DNA of 63,740 bases, counting the filler, from Saprolegnia diclina VS20 (lineage: Eukaryota), in NCBI RefSeq assembly GCF_000281045.1. It is 8 parts of 3 records of this genome, joined end to end, with 100 filler letters (N's around TTAATTAATTAA, not from the genome) between each part and the next. Parts side by side here need not be neighbours in the genome. Positions count along the whole stretch, not along the records: positions 1 to 12,286 come from NW_008246077.1; positions 12,387 to 19,303 come from NW_008246078.1; positions 19,404 to 23,685 come from NW_008246078.1; 5 more parts are not named here. One strand, given 5' to 3'. This document shows positions 11,929-22,774 of this stretch, in pieces. The notes under the pieces are model-generated. The model did no database searches. It saw only the letters and a program-made list of their open reading frames with translations, and was not told the origin of the DNA. The number at the start of each line of letters is the position of its first letter. Positions within the stretch are counted from its first letter, which is position 1. The position numbers and the translations under genes were made by a program.

Positions 11929-12286
11929 GGTCGACATCCGCATCCCTGGACGACCACCACCTTGGAGCTACATCGACCGTAACACAATGAAATGTCTCTT
12001 CTGTACCTTGCGTAAATACTCTACAGCTTGGAGCTTCGTGGAGCTACCGCGATGCGGATACATTGCATGGGTTGTGTTTTGAGTTGCGTTGCTGGGTTTA
12101 TCCTTTTCATCCGGATAATGCAATGCTCACAGCCTGCCAGCTCAAACCAATCCGGATAGAGATTCTCCCGGGCATGGAACCGAGCGTCATTTTTGAGCGA
12201 GCAGTTGCAACAAGTACCGGGATCCCTACACCTCGGACAACGCCAAGAAGACGCGACAGCGAATTTCCTCCAAGAAGTCACCAACG

Positions 12287-12386
12287 NNNNNNNNNNNNNN
12301 NNNNNNNNNNNNNNNNNNNNNNNNNNNNNNTTAATTAATTAANNNNNNNNNNNNNNNNNNNNNNNNNNNNNNNNNNNNNNNNNNNN
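12287..12386. other. Artificial contig-join spacer N44-TTAATTAATTAA-N44 (also at 19304-19403, 23686-23785, 43807-43906, 50393-50492, 60592-60691, 62288-62387)
   Basis: Seven identical 100-bp blocks of N with a central six-frame stop linker. Confidence 0.97.
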
Positions 12387-13621
12387 AGGTACGTCGGGTT
12401 CTTGCAAGTCAACGACGTTGAAGACGTAGGGCGACATGGTGCGAGCCTCGGAGACGGACGATTTCGGATTCGAGCGTCCTTGTGCCAAGCTGCAGAGCAG
12501 ACTCAGGCGTAGCTTATCACGCAACTCTTCGTTTTCGTAGCAGAGGAGGTAGCAGTCGGCGCCCGAGAGACTGAGCGTCGGGCTGTTTTTGCAGTGGGGA
12601 TTGAGATGGAAGAGGGCGTAAATGGCGCCTCCGCGACTCGGCGTTGCAGTGCGAAACGGACGCACCAAGCTCAAGAGCGCGCGGTTCTTGATCGTGTTGT
12701 AGAGATAGCTGCTATAATCACGCGTGCCGAGGCTGGGTAGTAAACCTAACCGCAGTTGAGAGCGAGAAACGTGACTGGGAGGACACTACGCTTTCGCACG
12801 AAGGCCGCAGTAAAGCCATAGGTGACGGGCATGCAGGCAATGCTGAGCGTGTAGACCACACAGCCGAGCACGAGTTCATTTTGCTGACTGATCTTTTCGG
12901 GTGGAACTGGGGCTGTAAAGCACCATTGATAGGCCGTCGCCAGCACAGCAACGTTTCCACTGAGCCACGAGACGAGCGGACCGTAGAGAGTGACGCTGAT
13001 CGCGACCATGGTCGTGTCAATGTCGGCAAACAGGTGTTGCTTGGCATAGCGCCGCAGATAGAACGCCGTGAGGCAAAGTGCAAAGTACCCAAACCAAACC
13101 TAGTCCGTGGATACTTGGATACTAAATGAGGACATGGATAGAGCAACACACCGTCCGAGACAAGTAGAGGATGTTGAGCATGTTGACGGCGAGGTCGCCG
13201 TTCTGCGAAGCGCGAAGGACCGAAACGCCGACGTTGCCGATGCTGAGCCAAATGTCGACAAGAAAAGCCAACGCGATCATCGGATCCATGAGGATAATGG
13301 CGGTTGGATCACCAAGTACGAGCTCGTAGCGCCAGTTTGCTGTGGGCGGCGTTGCAAAATGGCTCGCGCGCGCCAAGCGTCGATGCAGCCCGACACAGTG
13401 GCGATAGTACTGCGTCCAGAGACGATGTATCACAACGAGTGTGGTACCAATGCGATAGGCAAACTTGCACCAGAGCCATTTGTAGTACCGCGTCGCAGTA
13501 TAGACATATGTCAGCGTCACGGCGTCCGGCTCGTTTGAGTTGGTGAGCGTGTTCCCGTGGTCGACCCAGTAGCACGACGTGCCAACGTTCTGCGACGAGA
13601 CCGCGTTTGCAAAGCACCCAC

Positions 13622-14881
13622 CAGGGGTACATAATAGGGGGTGTATCACGGTGGGCCTATTTTTATACTTGGCTGAAACAGTGTTGCGGGGGGAAACTGT
13701 GAAGAGGGCCTGAGGAAATATTTTTATAATAAAAAACGACTTTTCGAAAAATATAATGACTTTCGACATTTTATGAAGAGCGGCGATCTTCGCGGCCACG
13801 GCCAGTTCCATGGCTCTTGCACACGCAGGAAGCATCGCTGCCTTGCACGGATGGTGCCATTCGACGCGCAATGATCGTCTCTACGGGCTAATGTATTACA
13901 ATATTTTTTATAAGCTGTGGTCTAGGAGTTATTCCAGGAAACGTTGCCTGCTGAACAAGATATTGAGTGAGCATCTTGAGGCATCGAGTTGGCAAGCCGC
14001 CGGGGGCTGCCGGAGGATGGGCTTTCGACAGCAAGTGCATTAGATCAATGAGAGTGTACAGTCGGAAGGGATTTTCTGTTTTGGTCGTCTTAGGTACCTC
14101 ACGAGCACCTTCGTGCATGGTCCGAAGTCGGTCAATTATCATATCCGTCTCAATTTTTATTGCCGAATCGACACCGATCGAAGATCGCTCATACAAGAAA
14201 CGGCGGCAAGGCGTGACCCGCGATGAGCAAGCCATCACCACGATGCAGCGCCTGCAATGCAGAGGCGCGCGTGCGTGGACCCCAGGCGCTGCGCGCGGGT
14301 AGCGTGGGTCCAAACGTTCAAGAACATGCACCGCGAAATGAAGCGGCCGAGCGCGACAAGCTCTTGAACGACATGCAGCTCTCGGCGATGCACGCTCGCA
14401 TTGGCATCGTGGCTCGCCGGTGGCCGAGAGAGAGCACGGGCCGTAGCAAGGATACAAGCAACGTCATTGCGCTGCATTCGTACCTCGAGGCGACGACGGG
14501 GGCTGGCGCCAAAGCTGCAGGTGGCAAGAAGCGCGCCCGCGACGCCACAGACAAGCCCAAGGAGCCCAAGCCGAAGCGCGTCAAGAAGCCCGACGTTCGA
14601 CGCAAGCTAGATTTGCCTGTAGCAGCGTAGCACGTTCTACCCATTGACGTTATCTATCCCAATCTATCCTGCATGCTTCTACTCTGATGCACTGCCAATG
14701 CATTTCATACACTATTCTATTTTATCGTAAACCAGTGAAATAGAGTTAGGTTTGACCAGTGAAATTTCCTCGTCCACTCCGAGCCAAATCGGGCAGTTTC
14801 CCCCCGCGACACTGTTCGCGGATTTTGAATAAAAATATCTTGAAGTTTGTAGGGTGATACACCCCCTATTATGTACCCCTG
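13622..14881. mobile_element. 1260-bp non-autonomous TIR DNA transposon (hAT- or P-like)
   Basis: Perfect 28-bp TIRs CAGGGGTACATAATAGGGGGTGTATCAC (13622-13649 / 14854-14881), 8-bp TSD GCACCCAC (13614-13621 / 14882-14889) and a near-perfect subterminal inverted block AACAGTGTYGCGGGGGGAAACTG. Confidence 0.92.
14223..14630 (+). CDS. Basic, NLS-rich ORF inside the transposon (possible transposase 3' remnant or cargo)
   Basis: 135 aa with host-like codon bias, ending KKRARDATDKPKEPKPKRVKKPDVRRK; no DDE motif recognised. Confidence 0.35.
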   Translation: MSKPSPRCSACNAEARVRGPQALRAGSVGPNVQEHAPRNEAAERDKLLNDMQLSAMHARIGIVARRWPRESTGRSKDTSNVIALHSYLEATTGAGAKAAGGKKRARDATDKPKEPKPKRVKKPDVRRKLDLPVAA

Positions 14882-16731
14882 GCACCCACCGGGCGGAATG
14901 AAGGACTGGCGCGTCGCATTTGCCTNNNNNNNNNNNNNNNNNNNNNNNNNNNNNNNNNNNNNNNNNNNNNNNNNNNNNNNNNNNNNNNNNNNNNNNNNNN
15001 NNNNNNNNNNNNNNNNNNNNNNNNNNNNNNNNNNNNNNNNNNNNNNNNNNNNNNNNNNNNNNNNNNNNNNNNNNNNNNNNNNNNNNNNNNNNNNNNNNNN
15101 NNNNNNNNNNNNNNNNNNNNNNNNNNNNNNNNNNNNNNNNNNNNNNNNNNNNNNNNNNNNNNNNNNNNNNNNNNNNNNNNNNNNNNNNNNNNNNNNNNNN
15201 NNNNNNNNNNNNNNNNNNNNNNNNNNNNNNNNNNNNNNNNNNNNNNNNNNNNNNNNNNNNNNNNNNNNNNNNNNNNNNNNNNNNNNNNNNNNNNNNNNNN
15301 NNNNNNNNNNNNNNNNNNNNNNNNNNNNNNNNNNNNNNNNNNNNNNNNNNNNNNNNNNNNNNNNNNNNNNNNNNNNNNNNNNNNNNNNNNNNNNNNNNNN
15401 NNNNNNNNNNNNNNNNNNNNNNNNNNNNNNNNNNNNNNNNNNNNNNNNNNNNNNNNNNNNNNNNNNNNNNNNNNNNNNNNNNNNNNNNNNNNNNNNNNNN
15501 NNNNNNNNNNNNNNNNNNNNNNNNNNNNNNNNNNNNNNNNNNNNNNNNNNNNNNNNNNNNNNNNNNNNNNNNNNNNNNNNNNNNNNNNNNNNNNNNNNNN
15601 NNNNNNNNNNNNNNNNNNNNNNNNNNNNNNNNNNNNNNNNNNNNNNNNNNNNNNNNNNNNNNNNNNNNNNNNNNNNNNNNNNNNNNNNNNNNNNNNNNNN
15701 NNNNNNNNNNNNNNNNNNNNNNNNNNNNNNNNNNNNNNNNNNNNNNNNNNNNNNNNNNNNNNNNNNNNNNNNNNNNNNNNNNNNNNNNNNNNNNNNNNNN
15801 NNNNNNNNNNNNNNNNNNNNNNNNNNNNNNNNNNNNNNNNNNNNNNNNNNNNNNNNNNNNNNNNNNNNNNNNNNNNNNNNNNNNNNNNNNNNNNNNNNNN
15901 NNNNNGTCGTCGTCCATCGGCAGCGCCAGCACTCCTTGCCCCTCCCGGCGCCCGCGCTTCTCCTGCCTGCTCTTCCAGTCCTCACTCTCTCAGCCACGCT
16001 CCTCTGAGCGACCTTCGCTGCTCTCGTTCATGCGCCCAGCGTTCTCTTCCGTGCGCTGCGTTTTTCACTCCCGCTCTAAGCGGCCTGGTGCGCGCTGTCA
16101 GCCAATCCGTAGCGATAGCGATAGCTCTAGATGCAAATCCCATTGAGCACACCGTTTAGCACACCGCTAAAATATGAGAAAGGTCCGTTATAACGCAGTT
16201 AGAGAGAGCGGTGGCGCGTAGGAGATACTCTAATTGCTGTAGAAGAGTACTGCTGCGCAGGAAGCGTCGCTTCGAGTACTGTGTTGGATCTGTCTTGAAA
16301 CTTAAGAGATGGAAATCTGCAGAGTGCAAAGGCTTCGCGTCATTGTGTGAGCCTCGTCCACGAGCGTGTAGCGATCATGACGTAGTGCGGCGAGATGCCC
16401 TTCGGCCTTGACCGCGATCTTGCATGCCTGTCTTTGATTTTGATTGGCCGAATAATTGCTCACGGGCCAATAAAAACGCCAGAACAAACGTGGCAGCTCC
16501 AACGCCGTGAGCGGAATAGAACGCTCGGTCGCGGATCTCGTCTCTATCAATCGTTGTGAAGCTACCGACCCAAAGAGTACAGAATAGGCTCAAGTCGTCG
16601 TGCTCTGGTGCACGGAGAGAGAGGGGGACCAGTGCTCTTGATGCGGTACGCTGAGGACGTCCAATGGTTACGACTTGAAGTGGCCTACCGGTAAATGCTC
16701 AAAAGAACAGATGCTGTCACCATAGACGACC

Positions 16732-16963
16732 TGCAGGGTGATCCAAAATAGGTGCGTCTTTCAGAGATTCGCAAACGCGGTCTCCGCACGAAGGGTACGG
16801 AAGGGTGGAAACCCGTGGCGGTAATACCAATCACGCACGGATCTTCGGCTTGAGAATCGTGTGTGATTTACTACCGCCACGTGTTTCCACCCTTCCGTAC
16901 CCTTCGTTGGGAGACCGCGTTTGCAAATCTCGGAAAGACGCACCTATTTTGGATCACGCTGCA
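16732..16963. mobile_element. Fold-back MITE-like palindrome (about 105-bp arms, about 18-nt loop)
   Basis: TGCAGGGTGATCCAAAATAGGTGCGTCTTTC... pairs with ...GAAAGACGCACCTATTTTGGATCACGCTGCA. The CAGGGTGATCCAAAA terminus resembles Tc1/mariner TIRs. Confidence 0.8.
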
Positions 16964-17494
16964 CTGGAGGGTCGTCTCTGATGTGGTGCTTGCAGTGCAA
17001 CAGTTCTCTGCAAGCATGCCAAGAACCAAGACAAGGGTCTCGCTTTGTATGTCTGATTTACTTTCGTGGCCTCGTGTCGACAAGTGCCCTGACCGTACCT
17101 TTCATGACAAAAGTCAAGCGAATGTGGCCAAAACTGTATTATAGATATCGAAGGTTCGTCGCCGGTTGGCTCCTAGTAGTAATACGTGCTTACCCATAAA
17201 TGCAGGTCCTGAACCCTATGCATAACGCATGCCAGAAAATTTTATACTCGATCTACAGCTCTCCAAAATTGACACACCTCCGTGCTGCTCTTCTCAGGGG
17301 CAGGGTGTCCACCAACGACAAAGATCGGTGGCGGTTAGCATAAACACGCACCCAACAGCTGTTGACACCGGTGCGCTTTTGCCGCGGCTGCGACAGTTTG
17401 CTCAAGTCGGTGCCAACTCTGTCGTCGACGTAACTTCAAACGCCGTGTCCACCGATCCACATTCCATTGGTGTCATAACTCAAGTCGCGCCACC

Positions 17495-18006
17495 ATGGTC
17501 AGCAGTGTCGAGAGCCCGCGGTCGTCCGTGACCGACACGGCGTCGTTCATTGGCAAGGCGTCGCCGCCGCTCTGGTCGTACCTCATCCTCATCATCTCCG
17601 TCCTCGCCATGTCGTCCGGTGGCATTTGGTTCGCGCTCCTCACCGAGACGCCGCCCTTCATGCAAGCGTGCTGGCGCCTCCTCCTCACGGCCTTTCTGCA
17701 GTTCTTTGGCCTTGTGTATGAGCTCAAGACCGACAAGGCGCTCGATGCTGCGTTTTGGGCGCGCTACAAGGCGTCGCTGCCGCTGCTTTGCATCATTGGC
17801 CTCTCGCTCAGTTTTCACTTTGGCGCGTGGGGCTGGAGTGTCGCCCATACCTCGCTTTTGGACTCGCTCCTCCTTGTGTGCACGACGCCGCTCTTGCTGG
17901 TCGCCTTGATGACGCTGCGCTTCGCGTTTCGCTCAGTCCAAGGCCGCATGGCCCCGCCCATTGAAGCCTCGACGCACGAGCCGTCATCCGTTGTCGTCGT
18001 CGTCAC
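17495..18006 (+). CDS. Drug/metabolite transporter (EamA/DMT family), 5' part; remainder in gap
   Basis: LAMSSGGIWF, PPFMQACWRL, SFHFGAWGWSVAHTSLLDSLLLVCTTPL; multiple TM helices. Confidence 0.85.
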
Positions 18007-18568
18007 NNNNNNNNNNNNNNNNNNNNNNNNNNNNNNNNNNNNNNNNNNNNNNNNNNNNNNNNNNNNNNNNNNNNNNNNNNNNNNNNNNNNNNNNNNNNNN
18101 NNNNNNNNNNNNNNNNNNNNNNNNNNNNNNNNNNNNNNNNNNNNNNNNNNNNNNNNNNNNNNNNNNNNNNNNNNNNNNNNNNNNNNNNNNNNNNNNNNNN
18201 NNNNNNNNNNNNNNNNNNNNNNNNNNNNNNNNNNNNNNNNNNNNNNNNNNNNNNNNNNNNNNNNNNNNNNNNNNNNNNNNNNNNNNNNNNNNNNNNNNNN
18301 NNNNNNNNNNNNNNNNNNNNNNNNNNNNNNNNNNNNNNNNNNNNNNNNNNNNNNNNNNNNNNNNNNNNNNNNNNNNNNNNNNNNNNNNNNNNNNNNNNNN
18401 NNNNNNNNNNNNNNNNNNNNNNNNNNNNNNNNNNNNNNNNNNNNNNNNNNNNNNNNNNNNNNNNNNNNNNNNNNNNNNNNNNNNNNNNNNNNNNNNNNNN
18501 NNNNNNNNNNNNNNNNNNNNNNNNNNNNNNNNNNNNNNNNNNNNNNNNNNNNNNNNNNNNNNNNNNNN

Positions 18569-18666
18569 CTACACCCAAGGGGGCCGTGACCGCGTGGAGG
18601 GTGCTCCACACGTCCTTGATGAAGTCGCAGTCTACGAGGAAGTGGCGGTACGTCTCGTGCTCATGC
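18569..18666 (-). mobile_element. Fragment of non-LTR retrotransposon (zf-RVT-like C-terminal region)
   Basis: HETYRHFLVDCDFIKDVW matches the ETxxHxxxxCxxxxxxW pattern downstream of LINE reverse transcriptases; runs into the gap. Confidence 0.5.
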
Positions 18667-19105
18667 ATTCTCACGTTACCTCCGACATGCACCGAATCGA
18701 GACAAGGATCTTGCCTTGAAGGTCCTATTTCTTTCTCGTGGCCTCGGGCCGACAAGTCCCCTCGCCGTAACCACAGAGTAGCGAATGTGGCCAAAACCGA
18801 ACGAGCTTACCCGTAAATGCAGGCTCCGACCCCTACGCAGACCAGAACACTTTGTATTCGATCTATAGCTCTCCAATATAGACACAGCTCTGCTGCTCTG
18901 CTCAAGGGCAGGATGTCCACCAGCGACGCCAACGAAGATCGGTGGCGGTTAGTATAAACACGCACCCAACAGCTGTTGATACCGGTGCGCTTTTGCCGCG
19001 CCTGCGACAGTTTTCGCAACTCGGTGCCAACTCGGTGGTCGACGTAACTTCAAACGCCGTATCGACCCACATTGCACTTGGTGTCACAACTCAAGTCGCG
19101 CCATC

Positions 19106-19303
19106 ATGGTCAGCAGCGTCGAGAGCCCGCGGTCGTCCGTGACGGACACGGCGTCGTTCATTGGCAAGGCGTCGCCGCCGCTTTGGTCGTACCTCATCCT
19201 CATCATCGCCGTCCTCGCCATGTCGTCCGGTGGCATTTGGTTCGCGCTCCTCACCGACACGCCGCCCTTCATGCAAGCGTGCTGGCGCCTCCTCCTCACG
19301 GCC
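19106..19303 (+). CDS. Second copy of the EamA/DMT transporter, 5' part
   Basis: MVSSVESPRSSVTDTASFIGKASPPLWSY... is nearly identical to the 17495 copy; upstream sequence is also homologous. Confidence 0.8.
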
Positions 19304-19510
19304 NNNNNNNNNNNNNNNNNNNNNNNNNNNNNNNNNNNNNNNNNNNNTTAATTAATTAANNNNNNNNNNNNNNNNNNNNNNNNNNNNNNNNNNNNNNNNN
19401 NNNAGGCCTCGGATTCTGCTCGGAGCACTGTGTATATGTGAGATATTGTTGCGATTTGAATACGGGTTATCGACAGACGATGGAGATGGAATGGGGTAGG
19501 GGTGGGTCGA

Positions 19511-20113
19511 CTAGGGCAAGCCTTCTTCCCGCGCTGTCTTGAGCGCGTTGGCAAACCACAGGAGCTCCGAGACGAAGCTCCCTGCGCCATTCTCTAGCGC
19601 AAAGCCGCTACCGCCGGCGTCCGGCAGCAAGTCGCCGTCATCGCTGAGCAAATTTTGCACCTTGGGTACGGGCACCGTGAGCGGAATTGACGTCAACCCG
19701 AGCTGTCCCAAGAAGGGCCGGATCGGGCCGGCCGCGCGGACGCCGCCAAAGTACCCCATCGAGTAGGTCACGATGCCCGCGCTCTTGTAGTAGTATTCGT
19801 TGTGGTAAAAGTAGTCCATGACGTTGGAAATCACAGGCGAGTAGCTGTTGTTGTACTCGGGCGAAACGACAATATACGCGTCGCTCTCAGCGATCTTGGC
19901 GTATAGCTCGCGGAGACCGGCGGTGCGGTCGGCGTCCGGCAGCGCCGCGTACCGGTCAATGAGCAGCGGGATTTGAAGCGGCGCCGGGTCGATCAAGTGC
20001 ACCTTCTGCACGCCTCTTTCACGGAGCTTGGTCTAAAAGTACTTGCCGACGCGGAGACCCATGCGGTTTGGCCGCACCGAGCCAATGATGACACCGACCG
20101 TGAGCGCGCTCAT
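19511..20113 (-). pseudogene. NADPH-dependent FMN reductase paralog with an in-frame TAG at codon 27
   Basis: MSALTVGVIIGSVRPNRMGLRVGKYF*TKL. TAG at 20035-20033 lies where paralogs have Gln27; the rest of the frame is intact (SPEYNNSY, YSMGYFGGVRA). Confidence 0.8.
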
Positions 20114-20726
20114 GCCGCAATTTTCGGAAAGTGAGTCCCAGTTAGCGGAAATTCGAAACAACAACGACGGTCATCGAAGTCCATTCGGCGATATCGCCTA
20201 GGCCGCCATCGTGGATACTTCTATATTGACCATTGCTCCGTCTGTAGATCCAACGTCGACGAAACCACTTGATCCATGAAAAATGCAAGCTCACTGTCTC
20301 TTCTTGGTCGCTGAATGCAAGGAAACTTTATCCTAAATGCAACAATTCCCCGGCGGTACGGGGATGGCGCGTTGACGTTTTGGATAGTACTGCGGCAACA
20401 GGTGCCCGAAACATCGGCGGCATTTCTACAGGATGTTGTTGTACACGTAGCAGTGATGAATGACGCGATGCTGCGAGTCGTCAAGAGCGGTGAGCGATTC
20501 GTGCAAGCGTGTGCTTTAAGGTCTCTCGTCAAGAGCGCTGATGTCAACTTCGAATTAGCCACCCCATACGCATGACGCAGTAGCATTTGTGTGAAACAAA
20601 TAGACCAACGTCATGCACATTTGCGATCTAATGACGTCACTTGTCGCACTGAGCCGCCCATAAAAACCTCGCAAATGCATATGTAGAGTGATATTTTCGA
20701 CGTGTTGTGGTTAAAAACGTCGGCGT

Positions 20727-21329
20727 CTACGGGCGACTCTTTTCGCGGGCCGTCTGGAGCGCGTCCGCAAACCACGTGAGCTCGGCCAGGAAGCTCTCGG
20801 TACCCTTCTCCAGAAGCGCGCCGCTCGCGCCAGCGTTCTCCGACAGCGTACCGTCTTCGCTCAACACGGCGTGCACCGACGGCACCGGCACCGTGAGCGG
20901 AATCGAGCTCAGGCCCAGACCGCTCAAGAACGGCCGGAGCGGACCCAAGGCGCGGACGCCGCCGAACGGCCCCATCGAGTAGGTCACGATGCCCGCGCTC
21001 TTGTAGTAGTACTCGTTGTGGTAAAAGTAGTCCATGAGGTTGGACAGAATCGGCGAGTAGCTGTGGTTGTACTCGGGCGAAATGACGATGAACGCGTCAC
21101 TCTCGGCAAACTGGGCCTGAAGCGTCTTGAGATTCTCGGAGCGGTCGGCCTCGGGCAGCGATGTGAAGCGGTCGACGAGCAGCGGGATCTGGAGCGGCGC
21201 CGGGTCAATGAGGTGGACCTTCTTGACGCCCTTCTCGAGGAGCTTGGCTTGGAAAAACTTGCCGACGCGGAGGCCCATGCGGGTCGGGCGCACCGAGCCA
21301 ATGATGATGGCGATCGTGAGGTTGCTCAT
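20727..21329 (-). CDS. NADPH-dependent FMN reductase (flavodoxin-like fold)
   Basis: GSVRPTRMG phosphate loop, SPEYNHSY and YSMGPFGGVRA motifs; 200 aa, intronless. Confidence 0.92.
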   Translation of the reverse strand: MSNLTIAIIIGSVRPTRMGLRVGKFFQAKLLEKGVKKVHLIDPAPLQIPLLVDRFTSLPEADRSENLKTLQAQFAESDAFIVISPEYNHSYSPILSNLMDYFYHNEYYYKSAGIVTYSMGPFGGVRALGPLRPFLSGLGLSSIPLTVPVPSVHAVLSEDGTLSENAGASGALLEKGTESFLAELTWFADALQTAREKSRP

Positions 21330-22171
21330 GGTCGTGGTTGTCGTGGAAAGAGGGGAAAACGAATTGTGAGATGGTGAACACACGAGCGTGCTCCAGAGAC
21401 CCAAAAGGAGGCTGCAGCTCACGACAAACACAAGCAACCGCAGAAGCATGGATATCAAAAGTGCAGCGTGCTATTTAGCGATTCCTCGCTGCGGAACTTA
21501 GCGCAGAACGGAACAAACTTCGCAGTGGGATGAGTGCTGGAGTTCGCTCAAACGAGTACACTTAGTGCGCGTTGATTGGTGTATTTTGACATGCATGCGA
21601 AACTGTCACATCGTACGGTCCAGAAACACCTTCCGTGCCAGGCCCTCAGAAACGACTGTTTTTCTGTCTTCAAGGAAGAGCGTATGCCCACGTTGTTGTT
21701 CATGTCTTGATGCACGTATAGAGTCACGATCCTAGACGTAGCTACAGTGCATGAGCTCTAGTACGCGACATCGAGTACCGAATTCCAACACAACTCCTTG
21801 CGTATCGGGTAGACAGGGTTGTTGAGGGGCACGACTCCAAACGAAATCGGAGGATCCTGGAGGCACGCGTCATTCTGGTTTCAGAAGATGCTTCTGGACC
21901 CTGCGATTGGACATTGTTGATGCCGTATCGAAATGCACCAATCAGAGTGGGGGAACTGTACTTGTCCTAGGCAATTTAACGTCGCAAGTTACTTCCAGTA
22001 CCACAAGGAAGTATTTTCCATAACTTGTGCGAATACACAATGTAACGAGATCGTACTTACGACATCATGATCAACTTCTGACAGCATACTTGATCAGGGT
22101 CGCGCCAACTACAAGAGGAGAGTTCTCACAATTCGTTTTCCCCTCTTTCCACGACACCACCCACCACGACC

Positions 22172-22774
22172 ATGAGCAACCTCACGATCGCCATCATCAT
22201 TGGCTCGGTGCGCCCGACCCGCATGGGCCTCCGCGTCGGCAAGTTCTTCCAAGCCAAGCTCCTCGAGAAGGGCGTCAAGAAGGTCCACCTCATTGACCCG
22301 GCGCCGCTCCAGATCCCGCTGCTCGTCGACCGCTTCACGTCGCTGCCCGAGGCCGACCGCTCCGAGAATCTCAAGATGCTTCAGGCCCAGTTTGCCGAGA
22401 GTGACGCGTTCATCGTCATTTCGCCCGAGTACAACCACAGCTACTCGCCGATTCTGTCCAACCTCATGGACTACTTTTACCACAACGAGTACTACTACAA
22501 GAGCGCGGGCATCGTGACCTACTCGATGGGGCCGTTCGGCGGCGTCCGCGCACTGGGTCCGCTCCGGCCGTTCTTGAGCGGTCTGGGCCTGAGCTCGATT
22601 CCGCTCACGGTGCCGGTGCCGTCGGTGCACGCCGTGTTGAGCGAAGACGGTACGCTGTCAGAGAACGCTGGCGCGAGCGGCGCGCTCCTGGAGAAGGGCA
22701 CCGAGAGCTTCCTGGCCGAGCTCACGTGGTTTGCGAACGCGCTCCAGACGGCCCGCGAAAAGAGTCGCCCGTAG
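22172..22774 (+). CDS. NADPH-dependent FMN reductase (inverted near-identical copy)
   Basis: Same motifs; differs from the 20727-21329 protein at 2 of 200 residues (T/M, D/N). Confidence 0.92.
   Translation: MSNLTIAIIIGSVRPTRMGLRVGKFFQAKLLEKGVKKVHLIDPAPLQIPLLVDRFTSLPEADRSENLKMLQAQFAESDAFIVISPEYNHSYSPILSNLMDYFYHNEYYYKSAGIVTYSMGPFGGVRALGPLRPFLSGLGLSSIPLTVPVPSVHAVLSEDGTLSENAGASGALLEKGTESFLAELTWFANALQTAREKSRP

Larger units (their letters stand above)
12387..14925 (-). pseudogene. Oomycete expanded-family multi-pass membrane protein gene, interrupted by a DNA transposon; both ends lie in gaps
   Basis: Motifs WLWCKFAYR, LVLGDPTAIILMDP, DIWLS, LYLSRT|VWFGY, GGAIYALF, SLSGADCY. The frame ANATRQSFIPPGGC (14925-14882) continues as GGCFANAVSSQ on the other side of the insertion at 13621. 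Confidence 0.8.

Noticed and set aside
14712..16146. Long ORFs spanning N gaps (also around 18007-18568 and 36986-37614)
   Set aside because: Their length comes from Ns, not real codons.
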